A program made the position numbers and the translations under genes. Under the pieces are notes generated by a model, which made no database searches, was not told the origin of the DNA, and saw only the letters and a list, made by a program, of their open reading frames with translations. From positions 11,780,001 to 11,844,000 of the forward strand of contig JBHGNT010000001.1 in assembly GCA_043228905.1 (NCBI GenBank): a stretch of DNA of 64,000 nt, written 5' to 3'. Source of the DNA: Azolla caroliniana (lineage: Eukaryota; Plantae; Polypodiophyta). How positions within the stretch are numbered: the stretch's first letter is position 1; each line of letters begins with the position of its first letter. Shown one piece after another: positions 10,801 to 23,400 of this stretch.

Positions 10801-13800
10801 TGATTGAATCATTCTCGAATGTGAATGCACGTATGATACGTATAGTTCATTCTATGGAAGTAAATATCAATCAGAAATTTCCCTTTGAAGAAATTCAATG
10901 GGATATCATTCCACAAATTCTTGAACTGAAACAATTTCTCTCTCTACCAACAAACATGCAGGTACTCTTCTACTAACATGCAGGTACTCTCCTCAAAGTA
11001 GATTAATAGACAAATTAAAAAGGGAAGAAACCTACTTGAAAACATCATCTTCCGTATGCGTGCAGTCAAATACTCCCCGGTGAGTGTGAAGAAATAATGC
11101 TGCATAACGTAAATGAACACAGTTGCAACGGATGCACCAGCGAAAATAAGGGCCACTTTACGAACTTCATACTTCATATGTGGTATATCTGGACTGTAGA
11201 AGGTAATCAACACTTGACTTATAGCCAATGCAAAAAGGGGAGTCTCAACCCCTGCCATGATAGCACCTATTGTTCCCAATAGTGCATATGGCCACTCAGG
11301 AAGATTTAATTTGAGAAGCCTCCAGAATATAGGTGCAGATGCTGGTTTCTTGCTATAGTTATCACCTGGCTCAACTGGTGGATACAAATCTGATTCAAAA
11401 GCAAAAGAATGCATGCTTGACGAATGTGAGCTCAGGGTTTTCGACAATGTAAAAGATGTGTACGAATTCCTTGCTAGCTCCCTGACATGAAAAGCTAATC
11501 ATGTTTAGTCAAATGCTAAAGAGATCGTGAGGGTAATTGCCCATAAATATAAAGATTACAGGCTTACTGGGAGTACTTAGTTGAAGCTGTAGTTCTTGAG
11601 TTTGTCCTGTTCAAAGAAGAATCCTGAAATTTGATCAGACCAAAATATTCCCCAGTTTCACCTTTAGACATGAGCTGATCATGTGTTCCCAACTCCACAA
11701 CTTTGCCAAGTTTGATCACAGCAATTGTATCAGCATTTCGAATGGTTGAGAGACGGTGTGCCACAATAATTGTTGTCCTTCCAACCATAAGTTGATCCAA
11801 TGCTTCTTGTACCAAATGCTCAGAGGCTGCATCTAGTGCACTTGTGGCCTCATCAAGGAGAAGGATGGATGGGTTCTTCAGCATTGCCCTTGCTATTGCA
11901 ATCCGCTGCTTTTGACCTCCAGACAATTGTACCCCTCGTTCACCTACCTGGTGATGCAAGGTGTACGATAAAAAAATATTTTCCATGCATACAGGAACAC
12001 CAAGTTAACTTTCCTGGAATATCATTATACCTGTGTAGCATATCCATTAGGAAGCTGCTCAATAAAAGAATGAGCATTTGCAGCTTTCGCAGCCATGTGC
12101 ACAGCTCTCAAATCTGCACCATCCTTGCCATAAAGTATGTTTTCCATAATACTAGTTGCAAATAGAGCAGGCTCTTGGTTTACTAATCCAATTTGTGTTC
12201 TAAGCCACTTGAGCTGTAAAGTTTTTATATCATGGCCATCGATCAATACCTTTCCTGCAAAGCATCTGAACAATAATAAATTGCACAGACCAGCCATACT
12301 GCTCGGGAAAACATAGCTTTAGATTCTCGGAGATACTCACCAGATATGGGATCATAGAAGCGCTCAATCAGAGAAATCACCGTGCTTTTTCCTGAACCAC
12401 TTCCACCTACTAATGCCATAGATTTTCCGGAAGGAATTTCCAAGTTGAAGTTGTTAAAAATAACCACATCTGGCCTAGAAGGGTAGCTGAAGCATACATT
12501 AGACAGTTCTATGTATCCATCAACTTGAGCCAGGATCTGCCCTTCAAGATGACTGGCATTGATTACAGGTTTAGATTTTATCATTTGAAGAATATTGTAA
12601 CCTGCAGCCTTTCCTTTACCAAATGCAGTTAAGTTGGGTGCTGCCTGACCTAGTGATCTAGATAATCATAGAAGTACTTAATTGCAAGCAATTGATATGA
12701 CTTACAATGTGAAAGAACTGTGAAAAGTTAAAACTTACATGCCACTAATAATCACATTCAAAATTGTTGTGAAAGCCTGGCCACCATTTGTCACCTTATG
12801 AATAACCAAGGTGCTCGCATACCATAGTAGTAAGGCCCATGCACCAAAAAGTACTCCATAGGTACAGCCCATACCAATTCCTTTTGCCATTCCACCTTTC
12901 TTTCCAAGTTTCAAAGAAGTTTGCAATGCTGCACTAAATGTATCAATAGTCTTCTCCTCTCCGACAAACGAGTAGACAGTCCGGATTTGTGATATTGCCT
13001 AAGATCCATAAGAATTCAATTCCAGTTATCAAGTATTATCAAATCAATATGCATCTTTCCACATGTGAAATTACCACCTAATGAAGAAACATCAGTGCCA
13101 AAAAATAAGCATGTGTATATGAGCCGTGGTATCACAGGCAAAAGCATGCTTAGAACCCTTACTACAATAAGCTCTATGCTAGCACAAATGATAAGTCTCT
13201 TGCAAGAATGACTACTCAAAATCTCAAAATGTTAGTAAATACTCAAAACATAGCTTCAAGCCATTCTCTGTATCCTCTTTTTATTCAGTTGTATTTGCAG
13301 CTCTTTGGTTTTTCCTTTAATATGGCAATTTGTAGCTTGTCACTAGGAAAACAAAGCTTCAAACCATTCTTTGCACTCACTCCTTACTCAATTGCATTTG
13401 CTGGCTTTAATTTTTCCTCCATGGTTGCAATTTGTACCTTGTCACTGGAAAACATTCTGAGGAGGCAATATCAATACATGTATTTAAAGTATGGAACAAT
13501 CCCTCACCCATGGAAATGCTTCTATCTATACTTTGGCATTTTCTGGTTTGAATAACAAAAATATTGTGTGGAAAAACGTTAATATTGAACAATTTACAGG
13601 AAGCCTTGCTCACACAATACAAGCTAAAATGCTTCCTGGCATAGAGATGTAGGAAAGTCAGGCAGTGCTTTTTAACTCTAGGAAAAGTGGTATAGATGGT
13701 AAAAACAGCTGCAACTTTCAATTATAAATGGTGAAGCTTTACAGCACAGCACCATGCAACTAAAAGGGTAAGAGATTTAGAATGGGAGATATTTTCCAGT

Positions 13801-16506
13801 GGCTACATGTTCTCCTACAGCATGCTTCAAAACATTAATCGCATTTCTGTTATGCAAGCTGCAGAGTACAGTTTGTTCCCATGCAAGGATTTATGCAAAA
13901 TCACAGATGTAAGAAAATCCATCATATTTCTGTTATGCCAAATCACGGATGTAAAAAACTCCATCGCATTTCTGTCATACAAGCCACAAAGTACAGTTTG
14001 TTCCATGAAAGGATATATGCTAAATCACAGATATAAGAATATCCACATCTCATGTGATTGAATGCAGACAATCTTGACATTTACAGATAAAGATGGCATT
14101 TCCATTTTTCTATTATGTGTGGCACGAAAGTTATTATCGTTCCAAAATACTTCAATCAAGCCAGTCTCCACACTTGAGATGAGATAGATCATAGCCAAGA
14201 AGGAGCCTCATATCAAATCGTGAGCTTTGATGAGGAATCATGATGAGACAATGTGTTGATCACAACGGCCATCAACAAACTGAATCTATATTTGCAACGA
14301 GACTCGGAACTTGTGTTTCATGGTTCCTAGTGCCAGATATCATTTCCGAGTTTCATTTCAAAGAACATAAATGATTTCAGTGAGTAGGCCCTCCAGGCAC
14401 CACAGCTTTGCTGTATGGTTAGCTTACTAAAAAGATTAAGATAATAAAGACATGATACTTGTTTGGAAAAGAAGCTTGTAGAAAGATTGAGATATCAAGG
14501 TATTACCAGTACACAAGAAGGATTCAACTTTCTAAGAAAAGAATTTGAAAGAGTATCTGGGTAAGAAATTAGCTGCAAAAAAGAGAAAAAGTATTTACCT
14601 CCAACGCGACACCTCCTGCTTCTGCATATGCCTTTTGGCTTTTCCCGGTGAGTCCTACTGTGACTGCAGCATATGTTCCTCCAGCCAACGCCATAAGAGG
14701 AACAACAGCAACAGTGACAAGTGTAAGTTGCCATACAGACGAGAATCCCACAGCAAACCCAGAGATGAATCTGGCCATATAGTGTAGGTAATGGCCCATC
14801 TATAAACAAATAAATCAGCATTTCTTTTCATCACATGATCTTATATCACAACAAAGATACATTAAATATTATGTCACAACTTTTTCCTGGATCACATAGT
14901 TTACCACAATGAAGATGCATCCAGTATTGTGTCACAAATGTTTCCTGCGAAGTGTTTTTTATCACAGGGACTATTAAATTTCTTTCACAGGCAACATGGC
15001 TAACACACACCTTTTCACTGATGGCATCCTGCACAAGAGCAGTATCACTTGAAATCCTATTCACTATCTCGCCAGTGCTAATATCTATGTCAAAAAACCC
15101 CACGTCTTGATTGAGCATTGCTTGTAGATATAATGTTCGCATGCGTCCAGATTGCCTTTCCCCAGACTGCATCCAGCATGAGACCTCTGCACAAAATTAA
15201 GGATAATTTCTGTATTCTCGCAAATTTAAGCTATTACACATCAGGTATTAAACAACCCCATCCACTGGACTCCAGAATATATCATTTATGAGGGAAAAAA
15301 AATTCAATAGCCTAAAAATGTAAAGGATAAAGAAGTAATGGTTTCCGAAAAAGGCTCATGAAGAAGTAATGGTTCCAGAATCATATTATTAATGAGGGAA
15401 AAGAAAATACCAGAGCCTGAAAATGTAAAGCATTTCCAACCACTATAATCCGATTATCAATAAAAAAGTAAATGAAAAACTATACCTAGCCATCCCGATA
15501 CCATGACTGCAATTCCCAAGTAAAGGAAGTAGAGAGCATACTGCATAGAAGAAATATAAACATTTGAGCCAACATTACAAGCATAAATTTTGTACATCTT
15601 CTCTCTTAGTTGGGAGATGCAAATGTGAAACTGGAAACCACATGCATATATCAGATATAAAGTCTTGTAGTTTAAAGGTATGCATGAACAGTTCAAGATT
15701 TCTTCAATAAGCACCTCAGGGATTCCATGGTGACTTATTTAGATAATGAAATCAAGTCTTGAGGGTTATAAGCATGTATAAAGGGCTACACTAAGCTTTT
15801 TGGTTCAAGAAATCTCTACTGCAGACATCATCAATTAGATGGCAAGATAGAAATAATTGATTGAACCTAATTAAACCAGTCAATAAGTTATTCTATTAAG
15901 ATGGCAATGGACGCATCATAGCTCAGCTACTTGAGTGTAGGAGTTGGTGATCATTTATCCCATCAAAAAAACAGCCAGATAATATGATAAGCTGTGCGCA
16001 AAGGATCCTAGTAATGAATGCAACTAGGTCTGCAAAGCCAGGAAGGAGGTAGCAAAGAAGTAAAAAACATGAGAAAATGACCATGCCTTCGCAACTTCCT
16101 TCGCCATGACATGAGGTTCTGAAGCATGCGATCCAAATGCATTGATGAGCTTTCCAAAGAAGATGAAGAATATAGGGATGGATGCACCATGGACACATGC
16201 ACCTATTGTTCCCAAAATCATGAGCACATAATCCACACCATCTGCAAATGAGAAAAGCTGATAGAGAGGAACACTTGGATTGGATTTTGAATCGCTTTCT
16301 TGCTCTGATTTAATGCTATTAATGGGGAGTACACTTTCTTCATGGTCAATGTCTTCATCTCTGGTCAGCCTACTGTTATTAACCACTATGTTTTCTTCTA
16401 TCCCAAGGGTCTCATCATTGTAAATATAATCTTTTTTGCTTGCCCTTAGACTAGTATGTGATAGAAGAGAACCAGAATCCAGGGAAACTTCTTCGGTGTT
16501 GATCAT
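7814..16506 (-). CDS. ABCB: Full-size ABCB (MDR/P-glycoprotein) transporter, TMD-NBD-TMD-NBD, ~1312 aa, 11 coding exons; looks closest to the ABCB13/14 and ABCB2/10 group
   Basis: Exons (minus): 16506-16087, 15540-15486, 15186-15011, 14799-14599, 12998-12739, 12657-12341, 12254-12031, 11947-11568, 11481-11036, 9359-9118, 9031-7814; total 3939 nt, in frame. Two Walker A motifs ([16 protein letters not shown]), two LSGGQKQR signatures and two [11 protein letters not shown] Walker B motifs. The first coding intron needs a GC donor. Subclade assignment is from memory of motifs. Confidence 0.95.
10014..10856 (+). mobile_element. Non-autonomous hAT-type DNA transposon derivative in ABCB intron 9
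   Basis: Termini CATAGA...TCTATG. 8-bp TSD GAAGTACA (10006-10013) and GAAGTAAA (10857-10864). Internal ~155-165-bp tandem repeats at 10118-10490. BED zinc-finger remnant [22 protein letters not shown] at ~10661-10726. Confidence 0.7.
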
Positions 16507-17382
16507 GGCCACAGGTATACAAACAGAAGGCAATGGAGCCCAGACGTCTTTTTGACAATCTGCGCTGATAATGCCAGAAACCACAATGCAATGAGTGTGC
16601 AATCAGCCACACAAGGAGTCCTTTGGTATATACACTTTTAATGCCCACAGGTATGCAACCAAATGGCTGTGGAACTCAAAATTCCTTTACAATCTGTGGT
16701 TACAACACTCAAAAAACCACAATATGTGACGTAGTCAATCAGCCATGTGAGCGAGGAAGCATATGATTTATAAGGAGATGTGGGAAAAAATGAGCCCATG
16801 CAAGGAAGGAAGCATAGCACTGGTTTATATACTGATAATGGCCACACAGATATGGCTAATGTGGTCAGAGTTTTCTTCCTACACTGTTGAAGGTGATGAA
16901 GTAACACAACATATGGAGATATGGTCAATAGAGCCATTAGAGGAATCATGTGGTTTTTATATGCAAGTAACGAAAACCATGGATTTTGACCAAGAACAGA
17001 AAAGTCAGAATCCGTTTCTTGCTCGACGATGAGCAAGCATCTATCTGGCAAGGACGATGGTGACGGTTAGGTGGTGAAGGAGATTAATTAATTGATCTAC
17101 GTTCTCTCCCCGTTATCTTACTATACACTCTCTCTCCCTCTCTCTAAATGAGAGAAGCTTAAAAGAAAATCCTCTGCATTGTTTATTTTTGTGTGTTCCC
17201 ATGCTTTGCTGCGGCAAAGAAAGTGTGACGAGGAATCCGGTTCTTCTCTTTCCTCTCACCCCCTCTTTCTGTCTCTCTGTGAATTTTTATTTCTTTCCAT
17301 AAAAGATAAACCTTTTCTCTCTCCATCTTTTTTCTTTGTGGTTAAAAAACATCTCCATTTCAGTGTGAGAAGACGTAAGTAC

Positions 17383-17790
17383 CTGTATGTCTCCTCTTCT
17401 TTTTTATCTCTAAGCGTGAACAATATTTTCTTCTCTCTCTCTCTCTCTCTCAAACAACAACAGCAACAGCAAATGCACGGAAATCGTGTGCGCGCACACA
17501 CTTTTCTTTTCTTTTCTTTTCATTCACAAAAAAGAAAAGAAAAGAAAAGAAATACGGGTGGAGATCGATCGGTCGGAGAGAGATACAAACAAAAACACTC
17601 ACAGTCTGGAGCTTCTCTCCTCTTTCGTCTTCTCTCTTCTTCTTCTTCTTCTCTCTTCTTCTTCTTCCATCGCCGTCTGTGGAATGATACTGACTTCCTC
17701 GCGGTTTGTGGCAGTCTCCCTCGCCATTTTCCGCCCGTCTTCGTGCTGCTGCCAAACCCTGCAGAAGCTGCTGCTGTCATACAGAATTTC
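17383..17790 (-). other. Probable non-coding first exon (5' UTR) of the ABCB gene, rich in GAA/GA repeats, followed by a 5' UTR intron
   Basis: Minus-strand donor ACAG|GTACTT at 17383/17382 and microsatellite-rich composition typical of 5' UTRs. Acceptor probably near 16560-16570. Inferred; no transcript evidence. Confidence 0.4.
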
Positions 17791-20084
17791 TGATTGTTTG
17801 ACAGGAGGAGCTAGCTATAGCTATTAATTATTAGCCTATTAGCTATCTCGTACAATAATTACGAAGAAAAAAAGCATGATACATTCATTCATTCATTCAT
17901 TCATGTGTTATTTTGTCCCCCCAAGCCCAAGAAGATATATATGAATATACATATAATTGTCATATGAATTGAGTTGGGTGGATCGATCGATCTATCGTTC
18001 GTCCGTCCATCCGTCCGTCCCTTTATTCACATACATATATAACTCACTCTCTCACCCTCTCGTTCTTCTTTGGTTTTTTGCTGGTTCTGGGCCCCCCGCT
18101 TCACGTTCATCGTACGTTGATCCTCCATATTTGGCTACCGCCACTTAATGTCGTGGTGTCGCCTCGAACCCTCACTCTCGTACCATCTTCATTACACCCT
18201 ACATTCTTCCTTAGTGTCACGGTTACTATGCCGTGACACTTAGCCCTTCGTCTGTAGCCTGCATTTGGGGGTTCACTCCCGATTTCTTTTCATTGGTTTT
18301 TTTTTTTTGGTGCCATCATGGATGGAACCCATAACTTCCACGCACCCGTGTGCCTCGTCCATGTCTTACAATTTTTTATCCCCAACGATCACCAACCTTA
18401 ATCTCCATCCCTTACCTACCTCGTCATTTTACATATGACGCTAATTATAGATCTCCCCCCTCCTCAAACTTTTGCCTTCGTATGATTATGGAGAGTCGTG
18501 AGACCGACCATTTGGATGATGTGGCAAGATTGATTGACATTGAGAGAGACGTGCATGTGTCTTGCCTTATCTTTGATCTAAATCTAGCAACTTTAACATG
18601 ACTAATATATATAACACTCCAAGAAATGAAAGCACCGTTGAAGCTTATGGTTATTAGTATCCTTGATTGTTTTCGTGCGTATGTGAATATTCTAATTGAT
18701 CAACCATGAGATGCTTGTTACCCTATGTTCAATGTACACACAATGTCTGTAGCATGGTTAAGTTTAACTGAATTGCAATCAAGTATTGTTGTTTCTCTTA
18801 TTGGCGTGATTCTTAAGTTGCTAACTTTGTGAGCAATGATTTAATCATTATACTTCCCCATGCACATAGTGATCGCTATGATTCTCGTGCTTTGAGTTTG
18901 AAAATACTCAATACTTCGTGTTGGGCTTAGTATTTGACTTTCAATTCATTTTACATCCATGTGGTTCACATACATAATTTTGTTTGAACCATGTAGCTAT
19001 TAATGAAAACAACCAATGTTTATAACTAAGGATTGTGTGTTAATACATTACTACATATGGATGCAGTAGATGTTGTTAAATTTTATGTAAGCTATTAATG
19101 ATAAACTTTGTACTTTTTAACAACAACCCAACATTATAAATATTCTTCATTGACTATTGCTTTATGTCTTCGGGCTATTGAATGTGTAATTTGAAACTGT
19201 TTTTTTATAAGCCAAATTGTTGATGGTCTCATCTACAAACACGGAAATTTCATTGACTAATAAACCAATGTCAATACCACAGCATGTGACTTTCAATAGA
19301 TAACGTTGTCTTGTAAAAGACAATCTCCATCACCCTAAACAATGATCATGACATATTTAAGTAGCGAGTGGGTCAAATTGTTAGGGGGGTTGTTTGGGAA
19401 GATTATTGAAACCTTATTGATGTCCTTCAAATTTACTCATACCTAACATTATTGTCTACCTATGTGTTCGTTAGAAATTTGATTTACTTTTTTGATCAAC
19501 TCATGAGTTATATTCCATAATATTTTATGCGTTACATTGTTAGATGGGTTGTAACGGGTTCCTATATCAATGTTTCTTATGTGATATACAAAGACAACGT
19601 ATCCTCTTCATAGCAACTTTAATGTAGCCACTCTTTTAACATGTAAGCAAGCTCAGCTTATGAGATGTGTTCTCTTACCAACCCATGATAAAAATGAAGG
19701 TAATATATGATGACATGATGGAAAATGATCATTAACATCCATGAAGTTATGGCGGTATAAAAATGGAAGGCATCTTACCATGTGTTGAACCTTTTGTGAA
19801 GGGTGTAGACACTCCACAAGTGCCAATAAATTCACAAGGTAATAAACACGTGTAAATATTGGTAGCGTTTAGTCTTAAATCATGCCTACATCATGTGTTT
19901 GTCAAATTAGGTAACAATTTTATTGTCATTTATGTATATTATCCTCGTAAAGATCATGTATTTATCATGATAGTGCTTATGTGTTTTTTCATAATTATAT
20001 ACAAATGGTGCACATGTCCATATTTTTATTACTTTTTAGAGGTTTTTATTTTCTTCTTCAAGAAGAGTGTCAATTAAAAAGGAA

Positions 20085-20114
20085 TTCCGTTGCAATGCAC
20101 GAAATGAAGACTAA
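20085..20114 (+). mobile_element. Helitron 3' terminus; body probably the AT-rich ~18600-20114 region
   Basis: CCGTTGCAATGCACG closely resembles the common plant Helitron subterminal hairpin CCCGTTGCAACGCACGGG and is followed ~10 nt later by CTAA|T (CTRR-T). The 5' end was not located. Confidence 0.5.
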
Positions 20115-20452
20115 TTGTAGGTTTTTATTTATTTGTTTTACATTGTAAATCAACAGGAATGATTTAACCCATTTTCTTTGTTCACTAAGATTTAAAATTG
20201 TATTTTGAAATAGAGAGCAAGTTTCATGTTAGGAGGAACATTTGTTGACACTTTTTTTTTTTTTTTTTTTTTTTTTTTCAAAGTAAAGCTACTTTCCCAT
20301 TAGTTAGGAAGGATTATTACATAGAGTCTATAAGGAAATTTATACACACATCGGGGAGACTTCCTCCGATCAAGCCAAAGAAGATGAGCCACTTACATTG
20401 CCTTGCGGCCTAACTTAATGTAAGAAGCTACCTATATCCAAGGCAATGCCCT

Positions 20453-23400
20453 TCAATGTGGCCTCGTACGAGTCGGCTCTTGGGGCCTACACCGAAAAGA
20501 GGGTGGCAGGTGAATAGGAAACAACCAGCGTGGGGGCTGGTAGTTCCACCTCGGGCCACTCCCGCCTTGCATCACCATAGGTGTGTTCCGCCATTTCTGC
20601 CAAAAGCGCAAACGGGCAGTGGTCACGTCGTTGGAGTGGCTGCAGATCTCTTCTAGTTGCCCTCGTAGGCAGCTGATAAGCGCGAACCATATGTCCATGA
20701 TCACTTCCTCCGGGGGGCGTACCGTACCTTGGAAGACCTTGAGGCAACGCGCTTTCCATATATACCACAAGGTGAAACCTGCGATCAGCAACCAGATTTC
20801 CGGAAACCTAGGGGATGCGGGCTGCAAGCCTCTTTCAAAACGGATCTTGACGATTTTGCCTCTCGTGCATACATAGCACCAACTATCCGCATTGACGGCG
20901 TCCGTCCACCCTTCGACCGAGTGATCAATCCATGCCGCAGCGCTCCACGAGGCTGTTCCTTCAACGTCACATGCCACAAGGAGGCGAGTCACTCTATCCC
21001 ATACCTTTTGAGCTTGAGGGCAATCCCACAAACAATGTCTCAGAGACTCATTAGGTAGAGAGCACAGTGGGCAGCCTAACGGGCCGCCCCGTTTATCTAA
21101 CCATTCGCCAACGGGCACCACATTATGACCGATCTGCCACCAAAAGAGCTTGATCTTTTCAGGCATGTGGAGACGCCAAAGACCCTTCCAAAAGGCAATG
21201 AGCGCCTCATCGGGGATGCCCAATGTTCGCCAGCCGTTGCGAAGGGGGTCGCCTCGCTGCAGTTGCAAAGTCCGCCCCAATTTAGTGGTGTAATCGAAGA
21301 AGTGGTGGAGTCTATCGTCATGTTTCCATCTGAAATCCCCGGGGTCCCAATCCAGATCGACAAGGGGACGACAACCGTATACCCTTAACCTCCAATGGGG
21401 TTCCACCGTAGCAACATCCGGGTCTGTCTTCCAGATGTTATCAATCTGTGCCACCACTCGGATTGGGTGCCAAGAGCCGCTGCTCTGGCTGTCCCCAAAA
21501 ACTGTATCACTCCCCGATCCGCTCATGCCCTTTAGCGCCTTGACCATTCCAGCCTCGTCAAAGAGACCGAACCATGCATGTTCTCTCGCCACCCCCATCG
21601 GAACCCTGTCAACTGCCTCAGCTATCAGTCTCCGCATTTTCGTAGCTCCCTTGAGGGGGGGGAAAAGGACCTCTTGGGCTCTTCCTGAATCAGCCATGCG
21701 TCTCCAATCGTCTATAGATAGGAGGCCTGTTTGTGCCAACTTTCCCCATGCTAGGCCCTTAAGTTGCCCTAGCATCGCGTTGTCATTCGTTCGCACATGA
21801 GGATTCCAGAATAGTGGCTGTCTAGTCCATTCGGTCACTGTTTCCGGGGTGTGCTTGACCAAATGTTGTCGTATATGGCACCATGCCCGCAAGATGGAGT
21901 TCGTGACCCTATCCTCCGGATGGCAAGCCAGCCTGGGTGGGACTCCACCCGTGCAGCACCAATTCAAGGAGTCGGGCCAAGGCCTACCATACTTGGGAGT
22001 CCCTACTTGCAGCCTGTTGCGAAGAAGTACCTTCCAGCACCCCTTACCTGGCAGGAGGCAGCGAACCACCATTTTAGCCAGCAATGCACGACTCTGCATT
22101 AAGGGGTCTATGAGGCCAAGCCCCCCTTTGGCCCGCGGTTGCGTTAACCACCACCATGAGACTCTGGCGGCAGCCCGTGGGTTGTCCTTACCTGACCATA
22201 TAAACCCCCTAATGGCAGCCTTAATCGCGTGCAAACCTGCAGGGTCCATAATCCAGCATGAGACTGAGTGCCACATGGTAGCGAGCAGCACTTGGTTCGC
22301 CACAAGGACCCTACCAGCGAAGGACAATTTTGATCTACTCCACTGGTTCAGCTTCTTACTTATTTTGGCTTGTACGTGGGCCAATTGAGCTCCCTTGGGG
22401 ATTGACCTCCCCATCGTAAATCCAAGGTACTTGAAAGTCGTCCCACTAGGGACCCACGTAAAATCGGCATGGGGTTGCCATCTTGGTGTCTCCTGTTCGC
22501 TGAACCATAGACCTTGGGTTTTATTCCAATTGATCTTGGCACCAGCCGCTTGACAAAAGTCCTCAACAAGATGTTCAGCCCGCTGTAAATTCTCCTCATC
22601 ACCTTGCAAGAAAAGAACCGTATCGTCGGCATATTCAGATAACAGCAAATCTTCAGTCGCATTGGGGATGGGCAATCCCCGCAACCCGCTAGTTGGTGCT
22701 TGTAAGTAGGCGGAGAAAGCCTCGGTTATAAAGAGATAGAGATATGGGGCTAGGGGACAACCTTGCCTCACTGAGCGTTGTAGTTGGAAGGCGGGTCCCC
22801 TAGATCCAGCCATCAGCACGCTACTCGTAGCTGTCCGATAGAGTGCAGAAGTGCAATTCCTCCATTTTTGAGGTAGGCCCAAAGCTCTCATCACATTTTC
22901 CAAGAAGGGCCATAACACTCTATCGTAGGCCTTCTCAAAGTCTAGCATCAGAATAGCCGAGCTCGATACGGAGCACCCGGCCAATGCCATAGCTTCCCAA
23001 AGAAGCAACACATTATCAAAGATACACCTGTTCTTGACAAACCCAGTTTGATTGTCGTGTATGATGTCCGGTAAGAAGCTTGCTAATCGTTGAGCAAGGA
23101 CTTTAGCGAGTATCTTGTATGCCGTGTTAAGGATCGTGATTGGACGCCATTGGCGCAACTCTAGGCTTCGCTCTTGGGATTTGGGGATGAGATATATCAT
23201 CCCCTCAGCCAGACCATTCGGCATCTTTCCTGAGGACCAAATCTCTTGGAACCCGGCTTCCAAGGACGGGATAACACATTCCCAATGAATCTCGAAGAAA
23301 TCCCGTGAGAGACCATCGGGACCGGGGCATGCACCCCTTCGCAATCCCCTAAGTGCCTCCGAGAGCTCTAAACGAGAGATGGGACTATCGAGCACAACTT

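Noticed and set aside
17179-17827. Overlapping low-complexity ORFs upstream of ABCB
   Set aside because: They are translations of GA/GAA/CAA microsatellites in a probable 5' UTR or promoter.
18213-18240. Perfect 10-bp hairpin AGTGTCACGG-N8-CCGTGACACT upstream of ABCB
   Set aside because: Isolated and too short for a miRNA precursor or MITE; no function can be supported.
19317-19334. Minus-strand GDGDCL, resembling an OTU protease catalytic motif, in the putative Helitron body
   Set aside because: Only six residues, flanked by stops, with no supporting downstream motifs.
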